Shown in pieces: positions 1-11,783 of a DNA stretch of 64,000 nt. Source of the DNA: Amphiscolops sp. MND2022 (taxonomy: Eukaryota); NCBI GenBank assembly GCA_964187785.1, contig OZ076414.1, forward strand, positions 11,346,001 to 11,410,000. Direction: 5' to 3'. The notes under the pieces were generated by a model that was given only the letters and a program-made list of their open reading frames with translations, did not search any database and was not told where the DNA came from. A program made the translations under genes and the position numbers. Positions within the stretch are counted from its first letter, which is position 1. Every line of letters starts with the position of its first letter.

Positions 1-1850
1 CGATGATGATGAAGCAAATGATCATGGAATCCTGATGGACTAATTGCATCTTACACAAGAAGCCTAACTGTTGTGAAAAGTTTGTTAAATAGAGATGTTT
101 GATTGAATTGATTGCAATGTGACTAAGAGCTCATTGTTTGTACTGGTACATCGACATTGTCCAGCAGAAAACGCTGTTAGTCCTATATTATTCTTCTAAA
201 CTTGATTAAACTGGATCCTCATGATCTATTACATTGGAGCTAGTCATTAGAAATAGCTTGCAATTCTACTCAGTACGCCTTCAGAAAAGCTAGTCAAAAT
301 TTCATCAGACATATGACTAAGCCTAATTTGTGCCATAACAAACAGCTGAACTTACTCTACCCGGGATTCCTGAAAGATAAAACAGGATTTTGTCACGACA
401 TCGTGACTTTCTTCGCACTCCAGTAACAACTACAAACCATGGACTGTAGATCACCTGAATGCTGTACTCGAAATCTTGAAGGAAAAAGGGCAATCAACTA
501 CTGCAAACGTTTTCATGCATCTGACATTTTCCGCAGTTTCCTATCCACTGGCATCTTGATAGTTAGCGAGAAAAAAAATAGATCCCAATTTTGTCATTGG
601 ACACTGCAGTACTTTGGTATTGTCCGAATTGTGAAAGCAAGAAGTTCAAGGCGCAAAGAACAAAATGGACTGCCACAGATGACCAGATCTAACGTATGCT
701 TACAATAGTCAGAAGAAGTTACAAATTTACAAATTCAGCGGTAGTGTAGCTATCAAGAGGGCCTTTTTGAAGTTGTTTCTTCTGAAAAAGCTCATGGTCA
801 CCTCCAAAACAACAAAACAAAACATCTCTTTAGTGTTTGATACTGCACAAGAAGCGGAAGAAGTGTATTAGGGATGAAAACGAAAACTTGATTACAGTGG
901 CGGCGGGAGAAGTAATCGAAATGCCGGGGAGAAAAGCGTCCTCAAAAATGTTATCATCAATGAAACTCCCTTTGACACCCTGGATGGGGATATTGAAGTG
1001 TTCTCGCTCCTAAAATAATCAGGACACATATCAAAAAGATTTGTCAAACTCATAAAACTGTTTTGCTAAGGGTCACTTTTGAAAAGCAGGTGTCCAACTG
1101 TCATTGATAGCTTTATTATCATTGACTTTACAAATGTCTAATTTTAACATCTTCAATATATCGGAAAACAGAACCTGATCCCTCCATTTGTTCATCATCC
1201 ATTTTTTGCATCAGTAACTGGTGTAAAACTGATCCATGTGAATGTTATTTAAATTTGATTTCACCAAAATTTGAAATATATGTTCTACTCCAGTAACTAA
1301 TTTTGAAATTCAAGCTGAACAACTCAATCAAAATTTACATCGGGGAAGTAGTTTTCACTCAGTTGTTCATCAATCTGTTCTTTGGGAATATCAGTCGGTT
1401 TTAATTTCAATTTATTGTATGTTGTTTCGTTCACGATTATTTTTTCCAGGTTGATTCAGTTTATATTTCTTGATTTTGTTTTCATTATCAATTTGTTGAC
1501 GTCTCAGGGTGTGAGTGTTACTTTTAAACTCTCTTCTTTTATCAGATATATTTTAAAACACTCTTCATGAAATATTTTTTGGTTAATTCTTATGTTCATC
1601 TGAGCTGAAGTTTATATTTTTATCTGATAGAGGCATAATTGAATTATTTTTTTCCACCAGTCCTGATTCAGAACTTGCAGACGTTTGAAACGTTTTGGAT
1701 GTTTAGATTATTGAGCCTAATTGTAGCCGGGATTGCAGACCTGAAAATTCTCCATCAGGTATAGAAAAGATCAATATATCGGTTACACAAAATGTTCAAG
1801 TTCTGGATCTCTACATTTTGCTTCTTGCTTCTCTACCTTGTCAAGGCAGG
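1..1850 (-). pseudogene. Heavily decayed leucine-rich-repeat GPCR (LGR/RXFP-like) pseudogene
   Basis: Manual minus-strand translation gives motifs in the expected order despite many stops and frameshifts: LRR-like IPDGEFSGLQS (~1760), TM1-like TVL*V*QIFLICVLII (~1030), TM4-like IWSSVAVHFVLCALNFLL (~680), ECL2/TM5-like VCSS*LPFFLQDFEYSIQVIY (~500), TM6-like TNSVFCWT (~180; LGR consensus TDxxCWxP), TM7-like AINSIKHLYL (~110). Family call is inference from motif order; boundaries approximate. Confidence 0.45.
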
Positions 1851-2308
1851 ACCAATCAACCATGAGAAAAATGAAAAAAACCTATTTTCGCACCTGTTTT
1901 GATATGTGTTGCTGATTTGGTTCAAATAGTGAAAAATGGTCGCAAGAAAAACGTGAATGAAAAGGTGTGAAAAATGTTTAGTAGCAAGATGCAATTTTTC
2001 GAGGAGAGTTTTTCTGATGCGCAACATTTTTGTTGTTATAAGTTACAACGCTAAAACCAACAATTGGGCGAGTTCCTATGATCTCCAATTTTTAAAGGTC
2101 AACACTGGTATCGACACATGTTCTCGTCTCTCACAAACTTGAGATACCAGAAGATTGGCCGTTTATGAAGGTGGACCTAAATTACAATTGCTACTGTTTT
2201 TACACCCTCCATTTTTGAAAAAATTAAGAAAATCCATTTTTTACAACTTGCTTTGGGACGTGATGATTGCTAGATTTATAATTTAAAAACCCTCAGGACA
2301 AACGTTTG

Positions 2309-2640
2309 TGTACATTAGTTACATTACATTAGCTAGTGGTATTTTCTAAAATTTTCCAGTTGAGATTTTGAGCTAACTTTTTTCTCATATAATAACTTTA
2401 GGGATAAAACAAAACGCAGCTTCCTTCGGCCGACACTATAATCCAGGTATTACAGAAGTCCATCACTCGGAAATTAACTACACAGGATTTCACCTCCCAC
2501 CGGTTGATTCGCTTGTTAATTCGCTAGTTAATTCGCTAAAAGCTCCAGTTTCTGTAACACAACCTCCCCCCCTCTCGGAAGTGTGTCCTGGTAAAGCTCA
2601 TGTTACTTTTACAAAGACTGCTCGAAACCGGAGAAAAGTA
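2309..2640 (-). mobile_element. 3' remnant of an LTR retrotransposon (LTR ~2309-2559 plus PPT)
   Basis: The + strand segment starts tgtaca (2309) and ends tgtaaca (2559), directly followed by caacctccccccctctc, the reverse complement of a polypurine tract. No partner LTR or TSD found. Confidence 0.35.
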
Positions 2641-2939
2641 TAACAAATCCTTTTGAACAATAGTAATTTGTCAGGAAAATCATTATTCTAACATCCCTAT
2701 ATACTCCCTCTAATAATGGTGAAAGTTAATTTTTGAATCGATTATTGTTATAGACTAAAGTAGGTTGGTTAGAAGTGATCGTCAAAAGCCTCAATTTTAG
2801 CCTAATGTCATAATCACTAAGCTATCGGAGACCAAGTTAGATACAAACCAGTTATTATTTTCCCCCCATATTTAATATGGGAAAGGAAAATATTGAAATC
2901 GAACGCGCTTTTTTTTCACAAAGTTTGTCAAGCACGAGA

Positions 2940-3600
2940 TTTATATTCACCTTAAATGGCGTAACCCGTAGAATTCAACTCACGTAAATTTAGGTTTGTG
3001 CAATATGTATTTGTAGAGATTTTTGAAAGTTTTTGGGAATGACAAAAATGACCCCAAAATAACCCAAAACGACCCCGAAAAGGACAAAAATTCAAAAAAT
3101 TCCCAATTTTACACGTTTTTATGCAATTTTGGTCATTTTTTAGTTAAACTTTGTGGATTAAAATGTTGAAACAAGGCACGAATTTGTTGTCCAATAGTAT
3201 TCTATGAAGAGATTAAAGCGGATCCTTAAAAGACAAATTACCCAAAAACTGACAAAAACGTTTTTGTGCAATTTTTGTCAAACTTTCGATAGACTTGGTG
3301 AAATATAATGTTGAAAACGCCCAACATGGCAGGACTTCGTAGTCCAGTAGGCCTTTCCGGAGAGATAATTGCTGTTTTACAAATGGAAAATGTGTCAAAC
3401 TGAAACCGAAATGACAAAAAACCCAAAATTTTCCAAGTTTCAAAATTTTAATGTAATTTTTGTCAAATTTTCGACAGACTTCGTAGATTGGAATGTTGAA
3501 AAGAGTCAACAAGGAACAAGTTTGTTGCCCAGTAGTCTTTTTTGAAGAGATAGTTGCGGTTTTCAAGTTGAAAAATACCTCAAATTGGAACCAAAAAAGA
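2940..3600. repeat. Interspersed repeat with internal ~180-bp tandem units; inverted homologue of 53820-55110
   Basis: Recurring ttgtccagtag/ttgcccagtag motifs are the reverse complement of the ctactggacaac units at 53.9-54.9 kb. The terminal block gaattcaactcacgtaaatttag (~2972) matches the reverse complement of ~55050-55075. Confidence 0.6.
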
Positions 3601-5519
3601 CAAAAAACCCAAAATTTAGAAACTTTCGAAGTTTTTATGCATTTTTTGTCAAATTTTTGATAGAAATTGTCCGAGAGCTTTCGTTATAAGTCCTAACACA
3701 GTCAAAACTAAAAAAAAAACAAAAGCTATGCAGTACATTTTTTGAAGAGTACGTCGCAGCGTTTCGCTCCAAAAACACTCCAGAATGACTCCAAATGAGT
3801 CGAAAAATCGAAAAAATTCAACTTCTCGTTTTTATGCAACTTATATGTACTTTTTGAATCGTTTTCGAGTTAGAATGTTGGCAAATGTTCACTAAGGGTG
3901 GAATTAATAATCCAGTAGGCTTTTGAGGAAAAATTTGCAGACATCGCTGGAAAATAGTCAAAATTGACCGTAAAATTCAAAATTTTGCCTCTTTCGAACA
4001 TTTCCAGTGAATTTTCATTTGAGACTAGAAACGTTTGACATTAGGAAATTAGAAAGATAAAAGTTTCCAAAAGCTTATAATAATAAAATTGGGTCCGCAG
4101 CACGTTTTGTGAATAGAAATTTGCATATTTTATGGCAGAAAGGTTCCTAAGAATGACTCAAATACCGGAAAAACTGAGATTTTTCTCTTCTTAAAACTTT
4201 TTAAACTACGCCCTTGTATAAAGAGTTTTCGAAAACTCAATAATGACTTTTCCCAGTATCCAGTAGACTTTTTTGAAAATTTAACTGCAATGTTTTAGGA
4301 ATTGGCCTCAAAAACACCCCAAAATCAAACAAACGACAAAAGCACGTTTTTTGACAAACCAATCCAAATTTTTGTTCAAACCACGAAAAATTTGTGGAAT
4401 AGAAATTCCATTTACCTGAACGTTGAAACAATAAGATATTCAAAAAGGAATTTGAAAAAGATAGTACGATGAAGTTCTTCGAGTTTACCACAGAGTTGTC
4501 TAAATTTCCGAATTTTCCCAGCTTTCGACAACCTAGTATCAATTTTGGAACTTTTCCGGAAACTTACTTCCTTAAGAAAACCCATAGACTCAGGATTGAA
4601 ATGTGTAGCTGCCGGTAGTGTTTCGGAAAGATATCAGACAAGTTATTGTGCACAATTTCCAAAACGTTTAATTGAAAGCGTAAAATTCTTTTCCGACCTT
4701 TTTTGTGAAATAATCAATTTTCAAAAAGTAGATTCACTAGATGTGGAGCAAACCTTCGAAGGGAAAATGTTTTTGTAGTTTCCGAAGTAGGAAGAAAACC
4801 TGGGAATGACCCAAAAAACAAAAATGAAGAGAGGCATTTTCCACAGTCATCAAGAAAACTCATCAGTTCCAAAGTATCAAAAGTAACAAAGAGGTCACAC
4901 CCAAGACCCGGAAAATTTATTTCTTTTACAGAAAACCTCAAAAACTAAAATTTGTGAAAAATGTTTTTTCGAAAGTTGTCTTCGAAAAGTTTCTTTTCAC
5001 GCGCTAAGTTGCACAGTGCCGAAAATACAAAAAGTGTGCAGCTATTGCAGAAATAACAACATAGGCGTTGGCTTTAAAAATGGACTGAGATGAATCAAAT
5101 CTTTTCTCTTCGAACTTTTTTTCGTAGTGCATTGGCTTTTCTTGAGCCTCAAATTTTTATAAATGTACAACGGGTTGGGGCGGAAAATATCTCGCTGCTC
5201 AGCGGGCGTCTTGTTTATACTACATTCACTTACACACACAAATTTTTTTCAACCATTCTATTAAACTGTTCACTAACACAAAATAGTTTTCCATTAACCA
5301 TCATTTTGAACTGTTCAAAATTGAATACTGTTCAACACGTGTGTTTTCACTTGAACGCATTTGTTAGATACTTTGTCACAATTTCTTCGTTGGAAAAACA
5401 TATTCATTGACTTTTATACTGTTGAATTAGGAGTAAAAATTTAGTAGTAAAAATTGATTAATTTTTGATGATTTACCTTGAAAATATGCCTATTTTAACT
5501 GTCTGGTGTTCTGGATTTG

Positions 5520-5820
5520 GATTACAACTAACTTGATAGTGCAAACGTTTGAGGAAGTGCAATAGATTACCACGTGAAGTTCGAGAAGCTAATGTTTCAC
5601 ATCAAGGACGTATGATAAAAGAGGAAACTCTACAAAAGAGCCATTGCATATCCATCAGCATATACTTTGCTCAAAACTGAGATGCGAGTCTAGTTTCTAT
5701 GAGTCAGGAGGATTATACCACCTCTTGACATGACCCCTTGTAGTTCGTAGGCACACATTTGTGGATTCAAATACATCTTTGTTGTCATCAGAAGGGTTTC
5801 TGTCAGAGGTTGTAAAAATC
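5520..5820 (-). mobile_element. Possible highly decayed LINE reverse transcriptase fragment
   Basis: Minus strand reads ELQGVMSRGGII...SKVYADGYAM, resembling RT motifs GVPQGGII and YADD, with stops. Confidence 0.25.
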
Positions 5821-7774
5821 CATTTTTTCACTCTGAAGAAAGATAAATACTTGTTAAGTGCATATTGTTGAGTCATTGAACACGCGATAGACGGAACGAC
5901 GTTTCGAAAGTACTATACGTTCCTCAATTGAGAGCCAAACAGATTTGCGCATTCCTGTTGTAGTATTTGACGTTTATCAACTAAAAATACTAAACAATCT
6001 GCTTTGTATTTAACTGTCTGTGATTTTCTGATGCAGGATTCCGAGTTACCAGAAAAATGCGTAAAAGTTGCTAACAAAGAAAACCAACTTCGATTTTCCT
6101 GTAATGTTTTTCCAGTTCGATTTTCGTAATGTTTCAACAGTTAAGTTGATGACTATGAATACTGAACTGAACCCAAGTTTCAGCATCTCGGGGAACTAAC
6201 CTAGATTCATATTAGGATTCAACGATCGCTATCTTTAGAAAAGGAGGATTGCAGTGATTGCTCACGAAAATACATGGCGTTTTTGTATTGTTGCCATTCA
6301 GTAGTGGAGTTTTTAAAAGTTTCGGAACAGAAGATATGAATTTTTATATGCTTGGAAATTGGCGAAGTATGACAGACCAAGGTCAATTCCAAAAATGGCG
6401 AATAGGAAAGAAAAAAAACACTATATTCTCGATGGGATATATGAACCATGACATCATAGAAGTATTAATATCATAATTACATCCCAGGAGTAGTGTAAGA
6501 TAACTAGTATAATATTTAAATTATAAGTCAATGTCAAATTATCAAACTTGCTCATGTCATATTTGGTTACTTAAAGCGGTAGTCAATCCATTGTTTTTCG
6601 CCGTGAAGAATTATGAAGTTTTTTGTCATCCCGTTCTGAACAATTCCTGAAAAGAAATACTTTTACAGAGCAGAGTCCGGAATCAATTTCTGTTCCATCC
6701 GATCATCGCAATTCGGGCAGCATCATTTCTGACAATCGCTAAATTTAGACTTTGTTCGAACAGATGTTTCACTGTTTGGTGCTTAATTTTCACTGTTCGT
6801 CTCTTCGACTGGAAAAAAATAGGGTTTCCACAGAAAAGGTGAAAGCTGAAGTTTTTAATAGAGGGTAGTATGGTTTGTAAGGTTTGTTCAACTTTAAAAT
6901 AACTAGTACCATTCTTTAGCTGTAACAAAATGTGCGGTTTTTTGTGTTGCATCTTTCAAAATGGCGCGTTTAAAGCCTAAAGGATCCCATCTTCTTGTTT
7001 CTCGGCACTGGGCGACTTCCTTGAACAGTGTGTTTCGTCTTAATCAAAAGAAGATGAAAATTATTTCAGGCCGCAAGCTGCCCTTCAGATATTTTACCCA
7101 GTCTTAAAGTGCAGAAAAATTTCCAAAAGCCCCAAAAAATTTTCTTGAGCAATTTTGTGAGTCTTTGCGCTTTTTGAGCTCTGGGCGGGCTCCCACTGTA
7201 GATGTTTCCATCTTGTTTGAATGACTTCGAGGCTTTGTGAAAAGTCAAATCATTCATTTTTAACTGAGTTGTCTTTTTTCTGTTTTTCGTCAGAGCGTTT
7301 TTAAGTAAAAGTGCCCGTCTCTTACAATGACAAGTTGTTTTTTCGTCAGACGACAAACTTCACGTTTTTTTCAAACTTTACGCCTATGTTTCAAAGGCTA
7401 CCATGGAGCCCAAGAAAGCTAAAGTTTGCAACCGCTTCGAGATTGTACAGTATCCTCGAACCTATTTGAGACCAAAAAATGCCACTTCGGGGTTTCTTCG
7501 GCACTGTGAGACTTTTTTTAAAAAAAATTACGTTTTTCACTAAGCGATCCGACTTCGATGTTTCCTTAATGTTGTCAGTCAGGCCAAGACGTTTCAAGAC
7601 GGGTTTTTCGGCACTGTGCGACTTTTTTCCAAAAACGCTTCTTCAAAAATTTTCTGCCAACTTTACTTCTTTTGACGTTTCCAGTTAAAGAAAAGCGTTT
7701 TCCCAGGTTGACCCAACATACTCACCATACTATGATCATACTAAAATCATACTATGATCATGGTCATTCCATGA

Positions 7775-8656
7775 TTGTTGACAACTAATTTATTAACTTT
7801 ATCGTTGGGTTGGGTATTAAGTGGACCGCTACCATCGACTTCAGGGTTGTTCTCGACATGTTTCAAAGCTGTTACAACAAACAAAGACGCTGATTCTGAA
7901 CTGGCCGAACAACTCCGCAGCTGGTATGACATAGAATCATACGGAGCTTTCAAGCAAGTAGACTCTCGTTCCGCAGCCGATGCGAGGGCGGAGAAAATAC
8001 TTGAGGCAACCACATACCATGACGGGTCCCGATACCAAGTTGGTATGTTGTGGGCAGAAGACGAAAGTAATTTGCCGAATAATTACTTTTCAGCCCTTGT
8101 TCAACTGAAATCCCTCGAACGCCGTCTTGGGAAAGACGCGGAGTTGAAAGAACGGTACACTCAGACAATCAAAGAGGACTTTTCGAAAGGATACATTGTC
8201 GAAGTAGACAAATCCGACTGTTTCAAGATGAGTAACGCACGTGAGTGGTATTTACCGCATCACCCAGTAGTCCATCCACACAAACCGGGTAAAGTTCGAC
8301 GTGTGTTGAACGGCGCTGCCAAGTTTCAGGGCCAGTCCCTGAATAACGCACTTTTGACCGGACCGGACTTACTACAAAGCCTTATTCATATTCTATTCCG
8401 ATTTCGACAATATCCACATGCCGTGTCCGCCGACATTGAGGGAATGTTCCTTCAAGTTGGAGTAATTCCAGAAGACAGACCGTCACTTCGATTCTTGTGG
8501 CGCGAAGACCCAGCCTCCGAAATTGCTGTTTACCAATATATTCGACATATATTTGGATCCAAAGACTCACCAACGTGTGCAAACTACGCCTTAAGGCGGA
8601 CAGCAACAGACAACAAAAGCAACGTTTCCCGAAGCCGCCAGAAGTGTCCTAAGTAA
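7775..8656 (+). CDS. BEL/Pao pol, N-terminal RT part (continues into 8664-11264 across a 1-nt frameshift)
   Basis: ORF track 293 aa with BEL RT motifs. After the A4 run at 8615-8618 the alternative frame reads ATFPEAARSVLSNFYMDDYL, joining the next ORF. Confidence 0.85.
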   Translation: MLTTNLLTLSLGWVLSGPLPSTSGLFSTCFKAVTTNKDADSELAEQLRSWYDIESYGAFKQVDSRSAADARAEKILEATTYHDGSRYQVGMLWAEDESNLPNNYFSALVQLKSLERRLGKDAELKERYTQTIKEDFSKGYIVEVDKSDCFKMSNAREWYLPHHPVVHPHKPGKVRRVLNGAAKFQGQSLNNALLTGPDLLQSLIHILFRFRQYPHAVSADIEGMFLQVGVIPEDRPSLRFLWREDPASEIAVYQYIRHIFGSKDSPTCANYALRRTATDNKSNVSRSRQKCPK

Positions 8657-8663
8657 CTTTTAC

Positions 8664-11264
8664 ATGGACGACTACCTGGAATCGAGTTTAACTGTTGAAG
8701 AGGCGACCCGAAAAGCCAAAGATTTAGTGACTTTACTTTCGCTCGGAGGTTTCAAGTTAACAAAGTTTGTTTCAAACGTTCCGTCGATCCCAGAAAAGCT
8801 CGAACCCGGCTCCAACGCACCAACAGAGGTAAAGGAAATTCCAAATACCGAAGGTTCTTCACACGTGTTAGGACTGAAGTGGAACCATTCCACCGACACC
8901 CTAGTTGTCAGCCGTGGAACGAAACCTGATGTGAAGCCGAACGTGACCCAAAGGGTTGTACTAAGTTTGGTATCCGCAGTGTACGACCCCATTGGTCTTG
9001 TCGCCCCTTACACGGTAAAAGCCCGACTACTGCTCAAGGACATCTGGCGATTGAATGGTCAACAATGGGATGACGAGCTACCACCAGATCTTGTCACAAA
9101 GTTCCTCGAGTGGAGTAAAGAACTTCCAACCCTGAGTGACATCACAATTCCTCGAGCATACTTCGTCGGAGAGATTGAAGCACTGGAATTACATATGTTC
9201 GGCGACAGCTCACAAGAGGTGTTCAGCGCGGTAGCGTTTCTCCGAGCAAAAGTCACAGCTAAAGACAGTGGGTCAACAACGGAATTAGCCTTTGTCTTTG
9301 GGAAAGCCAGAGTAGCACCCATGAAAGCCTTGACTATTCCGAAACTTGAACTTCAAGCCTCATTGCTGGCCTCAAGGCTTAGAAAGGAAGTTCAACGTGC
9401 ACTGACTATGAGAATAGACAAAACTTTCATGTGGACAGATAGCACCACGGTTTTACAATGGATTCACTCAATAGAAAAGCAGCCAGTCTTCGTGGCTAAC
9501 CGCGTCGCGGAGATACTGGCGCTCACAACAACCGACGAGTGGAACTACGTTCATTCTTGTGATAATCCCGCTGATGCAGGGACCCGAGGACTCTCGGCGA
9601 CGGCATTACCGGACAGCATCTGGCTGAAAGGACCAGACTTCTTGAAAACTTCTGATTGGCCTTTCAGGCCGTCGAAACACTCGTCGATCGAAGTTAAACA
9701 AAGAAATGACACTTCTAGTGAAGAAAAGCCATCCTTTGGAAGCGAGACCGTTCTCAACGCCAATGCAGGCATTAGCACATCAACTTTCGAGTGGCAGAAG
9801 TACAGCTCTTACGAGAAGCTTCTGCGTGTCGCTGCCTACATCTTGCGTCTTCTACCAAAGAACGAGGCTTACCGCTCCATGACAGGTGCCATAATCGACC
9901 CGAGTGAGCTCGACAACGCACAAACGAAATTATTCCATATTGTGCAATCCGAGTCTTTTCCCACAGAGAAAAAGAACTTACTGAAAAACTCCCCCCTCAG
10001 TAGTTCTTCAAAAATCCTACAGTTTTCCCCCTTCATCGGACCCCAAGGCTTACTTCGGGCAACAGGTAGAACAAAGAAACTCGGTGTTTCAAGCTTTGAC
10101 GCCAAACACCCGATTTTACTTGATAGCCATCACCCAGTTACACGCATGTTCCTCGAAAACTTACACAGGACCCATTGCCATCAGGGCGTAGACTACTTAA
10201 GGGCGTTGGTGCAGCAACAGTTCGCCATCGTCAAGCTTAGAACTGCTCTGAGAACAATTGTTCTACGATGTGTAACTTGCCGTAAACGCCGGGCTGAGAC
10301 CCTCAGTCCGATGATGGCCGACCTACCGCGAGAAAGACTAGCCTTTAAGGAGCCCCCCTTCTCTAACACTGGCGTTGACTACTTCGGCCCGTTCTACGTT
10401 TCCGTTAAGAGGTCGACAGAAAAACGATGGGGATTCCTGTTTACTTGCTTGACTACGAGAGCTGTCCATTTCGAAGTCGTGCCGTCAATGGACACTAGCA
10501 GCTGTGTAATGGGAATAGAAAGGTTCATCGCCCGCCGGGGTATCCCATCAGTCTTGTGGTCAGACAACGGAACAAATTTCATTGCCAGTGAAAAGGAACT
10601 TCTGCAAAACATTTCAAACTGGAACCAGCAAGTGTTGACCGAGGCCCTCGTCAAGAAACGTATCTCGTGGAAGTTCAACCCACCTAGCGCACCACATCAT
10701 GGTGGTGTTTGGGAACGCGTTGTCAGGAGTTTCAAGCACGTTTTTTACGCTGTTCTTGGAAACCGACGCTTAACCGACGAGATCCTGATAACAACATTTT
10801 GCCTCGTGGAGCAAAGTTTGAATGCACGACCACTAGTACCAGCCAGCTCTGATGCTACCGATTTGGACGCTCTCACCCCAAATCATTTCTTGTTGGGAAC
10901 TGCGGGTTCCGTCCTACCGTCACATCAGCGAGCCGAAATAGACCATCGCAAGCGGTACGTACGTGCACAAGCTTATTCTGACGCTATCTGGAATCGATGG
11001 TTAAAAGAATACGTTCCCTCACTTAACAAGCGCTCTAAGTGGCCAAGTCAACCGAAAAGACAGCTTAAAACCGGAGACCTAGTTTGGATAATCGAACCGT
11101 CGAGTCCAAGAGGACATTATCCACTAGCTCGCGTGACAAAGTTGAACTTCGGCAACGATGCCATTGCACGTTCTGCCGAACTGAAGACCAACACCGGACG
11201 TCTTGTTCGCCCCGTCGTGAAGCTGTCCCCAGTCCTTCCCCTTCCCGAAGCCGAACCCTTTTAG
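8664..11264 (+). CDS. BEL/Pao pol: RT active site, RNase H, integrase
   Basis: 866-aa open frame: (Y)MDD, LHMFGDSS/WTDSTTV RNase H, HHCC zinc finger (H..THCHQG...CVTC), GVDYFGP, WSDNG, GVWER catalytic core, C-terminal RPVVKL. Confidence 0.92.
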   Translation: MDDYLESSLTVEEATRKAKDLVTLLSLGGFKLTKFVSNVPSIPEKLEPGSNAPTEVKEIPNTEGSSHVLGLKWNHSTDTLVVSRGTKPDVKPNVTQRVVLSLVSAVYDPIGLVAPYTVKARLLLKDIWRLNGQQWDDELPPDLVTKFLEWSKELPTLSDITIPRAYFVGEIEALELHMFGDSSQEVFSAVAFLRAKVTAKDSGSTTELAFVFGKARVAPMKALTIPKLELQASLLASRLRKEVQRALTMRIDKTFMWTDSTTVLQWIHSIEKQPVFVANRVAEILALTTTDEWNYVHSCDNPADAGTRGLSATALPDSIWLKGPDFLKTSDWPFRPSKHSSIEVKQRNDTSSEEKPSFGSETVLNANAGISTSTFEWQKYSSYEKLLRVAAYILRLLPKNEAYRSMTGAIIDPSELDNAQTKLFHIVQSESFPTEKKNLLKNSPLSSSSKILQFSPFIGPQGLLRATGRTKKLGVSSFDAKHPILLDSHHPVTRMFLENLHRTHCHQGVDYLRALVQQQFAIVKLRTALRTIVLRCVTCRKRRAETLSPMMADLPRERLAFKEPPFSNTGVDYFGPFYVSVKRSTEKRWGFLFTCLTTRAVHFEVVPSMDTSSCVMGIERFIARRGIPSVLWSDNGTNFIASEKELLQNISNWNQQVLTEALVKKRISWKFNPPSAPHHGGVWERVVRSFKHVFYAVLGNRRLTDEILITTFCLVEQSLNARPLVPASSDATDLDALTPNHFLLGTAGSVLPSHQRAEIDHRKRYVRAQAYSDAIWNRWLKEYVPSLNKRSKWPSQPKRQLKTGDLVWIIEPSSPRGHYPLARVTKLNFGNDAIARSAELKTNTGRLVRPVVKLSPVLPLPEAEPF

Positions 11265-11456
11265 TTGAATCACTGTATACTTAACCCCGATGTCATGAAA
11301 CAAAATTATTCTCAATAGTAGTATGAGTCATGTATATCCTTGTTTATTTCTCAACATGTAAGCATAAAACCCATGTAATGCGTTTTCATGATCCAAAAAA
11401 AATTTTTTTTTGTTTTGGCAAAAAAATAATATTCACATCCTTTTGGGCCCGGAGGA

Positions 11457-11783
11457 TGTTGACAACTAATTTATTAGCAAATTAAATTGAATTGATTTCA
11501 AGCGTCCATAGCACAGCGGTAACGTGTATGGCCGATACTCGACCGGCGTGGGTTCGATCCCCGGTATTGACCGATCTTTGTGAAACCGTAAAAAAGGTAA
11601 AATTAGATTTTTCAAATATTATTCGAAACTTGCTATCTCGAAACTTTAATTATATTTGACAATATTTGTAAACATGTTGATGTTCATTTGTCAGTTTGTA
11701 TGTTTCTTCGATACATCCCTCTTTTGTTATTGAGGCCGATAATACATTGAAAAATAGAGTGTTCTATTTCCTATTTTTCAACA
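11457..11783 (+). repeat. 3' LTR of the BEL/Pao element
   Basis: Begins TGTTGA right after a purine-rich tract; a TCAACA inverted end lies at 11778-11783. The central part (ttgctatctcgaaacttta...gacaatatttgtaaaca) is homologous to 58740-58795. Confidence 0.65.
11502..11572 (+). ncRNA. tRNA-like sequence with intact A and B boxes inside the BEL LTR
   Basis: A box TAGCACAGCGGTA, D stem GCAC/GTGT, B box GGTTCGATCC. Acceptor and anticodon stems pair poorly, so this is not a functional tRNA. Confidence 0.55.

Larger units (their letters stand above)
7776..11783 (+). mobile_element. BEL/Pao LTR retrotransposon, 5'-deleted (gag/protease lost)
   Basis: BEL-type pol motifs LGWVLSGPL, WYLPHHPV, ADIEGMFLQV, FYMDD, KARVAP...IPKLELQA, WSDNGTNF. 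PPT-like ggcccggagga is followed by an LTR starting tgttgacaac at 11457, and the first 20 bp of that LTR recur at 7776-7795. The 3' end (…tttcaaca 11783) is tentative and no TSD was confirmed. Confidence 0.9.

Noticed and set aside
6258-6952. Small ORFs at 6258-6476 (+) and 6683-6952 (-) as exons
   Set aside because: No recognisable domain and no convincing splice-site pair or neighbouring exons.
8600-8664. Programmed ribosomal frameshift in the BEL element
   Set aside because: The break lies inside RT just before YMDD, not at a gag-pol boundary, and has no slippery heptamer; an indel is simpler.
11502-11572. Functional tRNA gene
   Set aside because: Acceptor and anticodon stems do not pair properly; kept only as a tRNA-like element. 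The same applies to ~53537, ~57335-57375 and ~58906.
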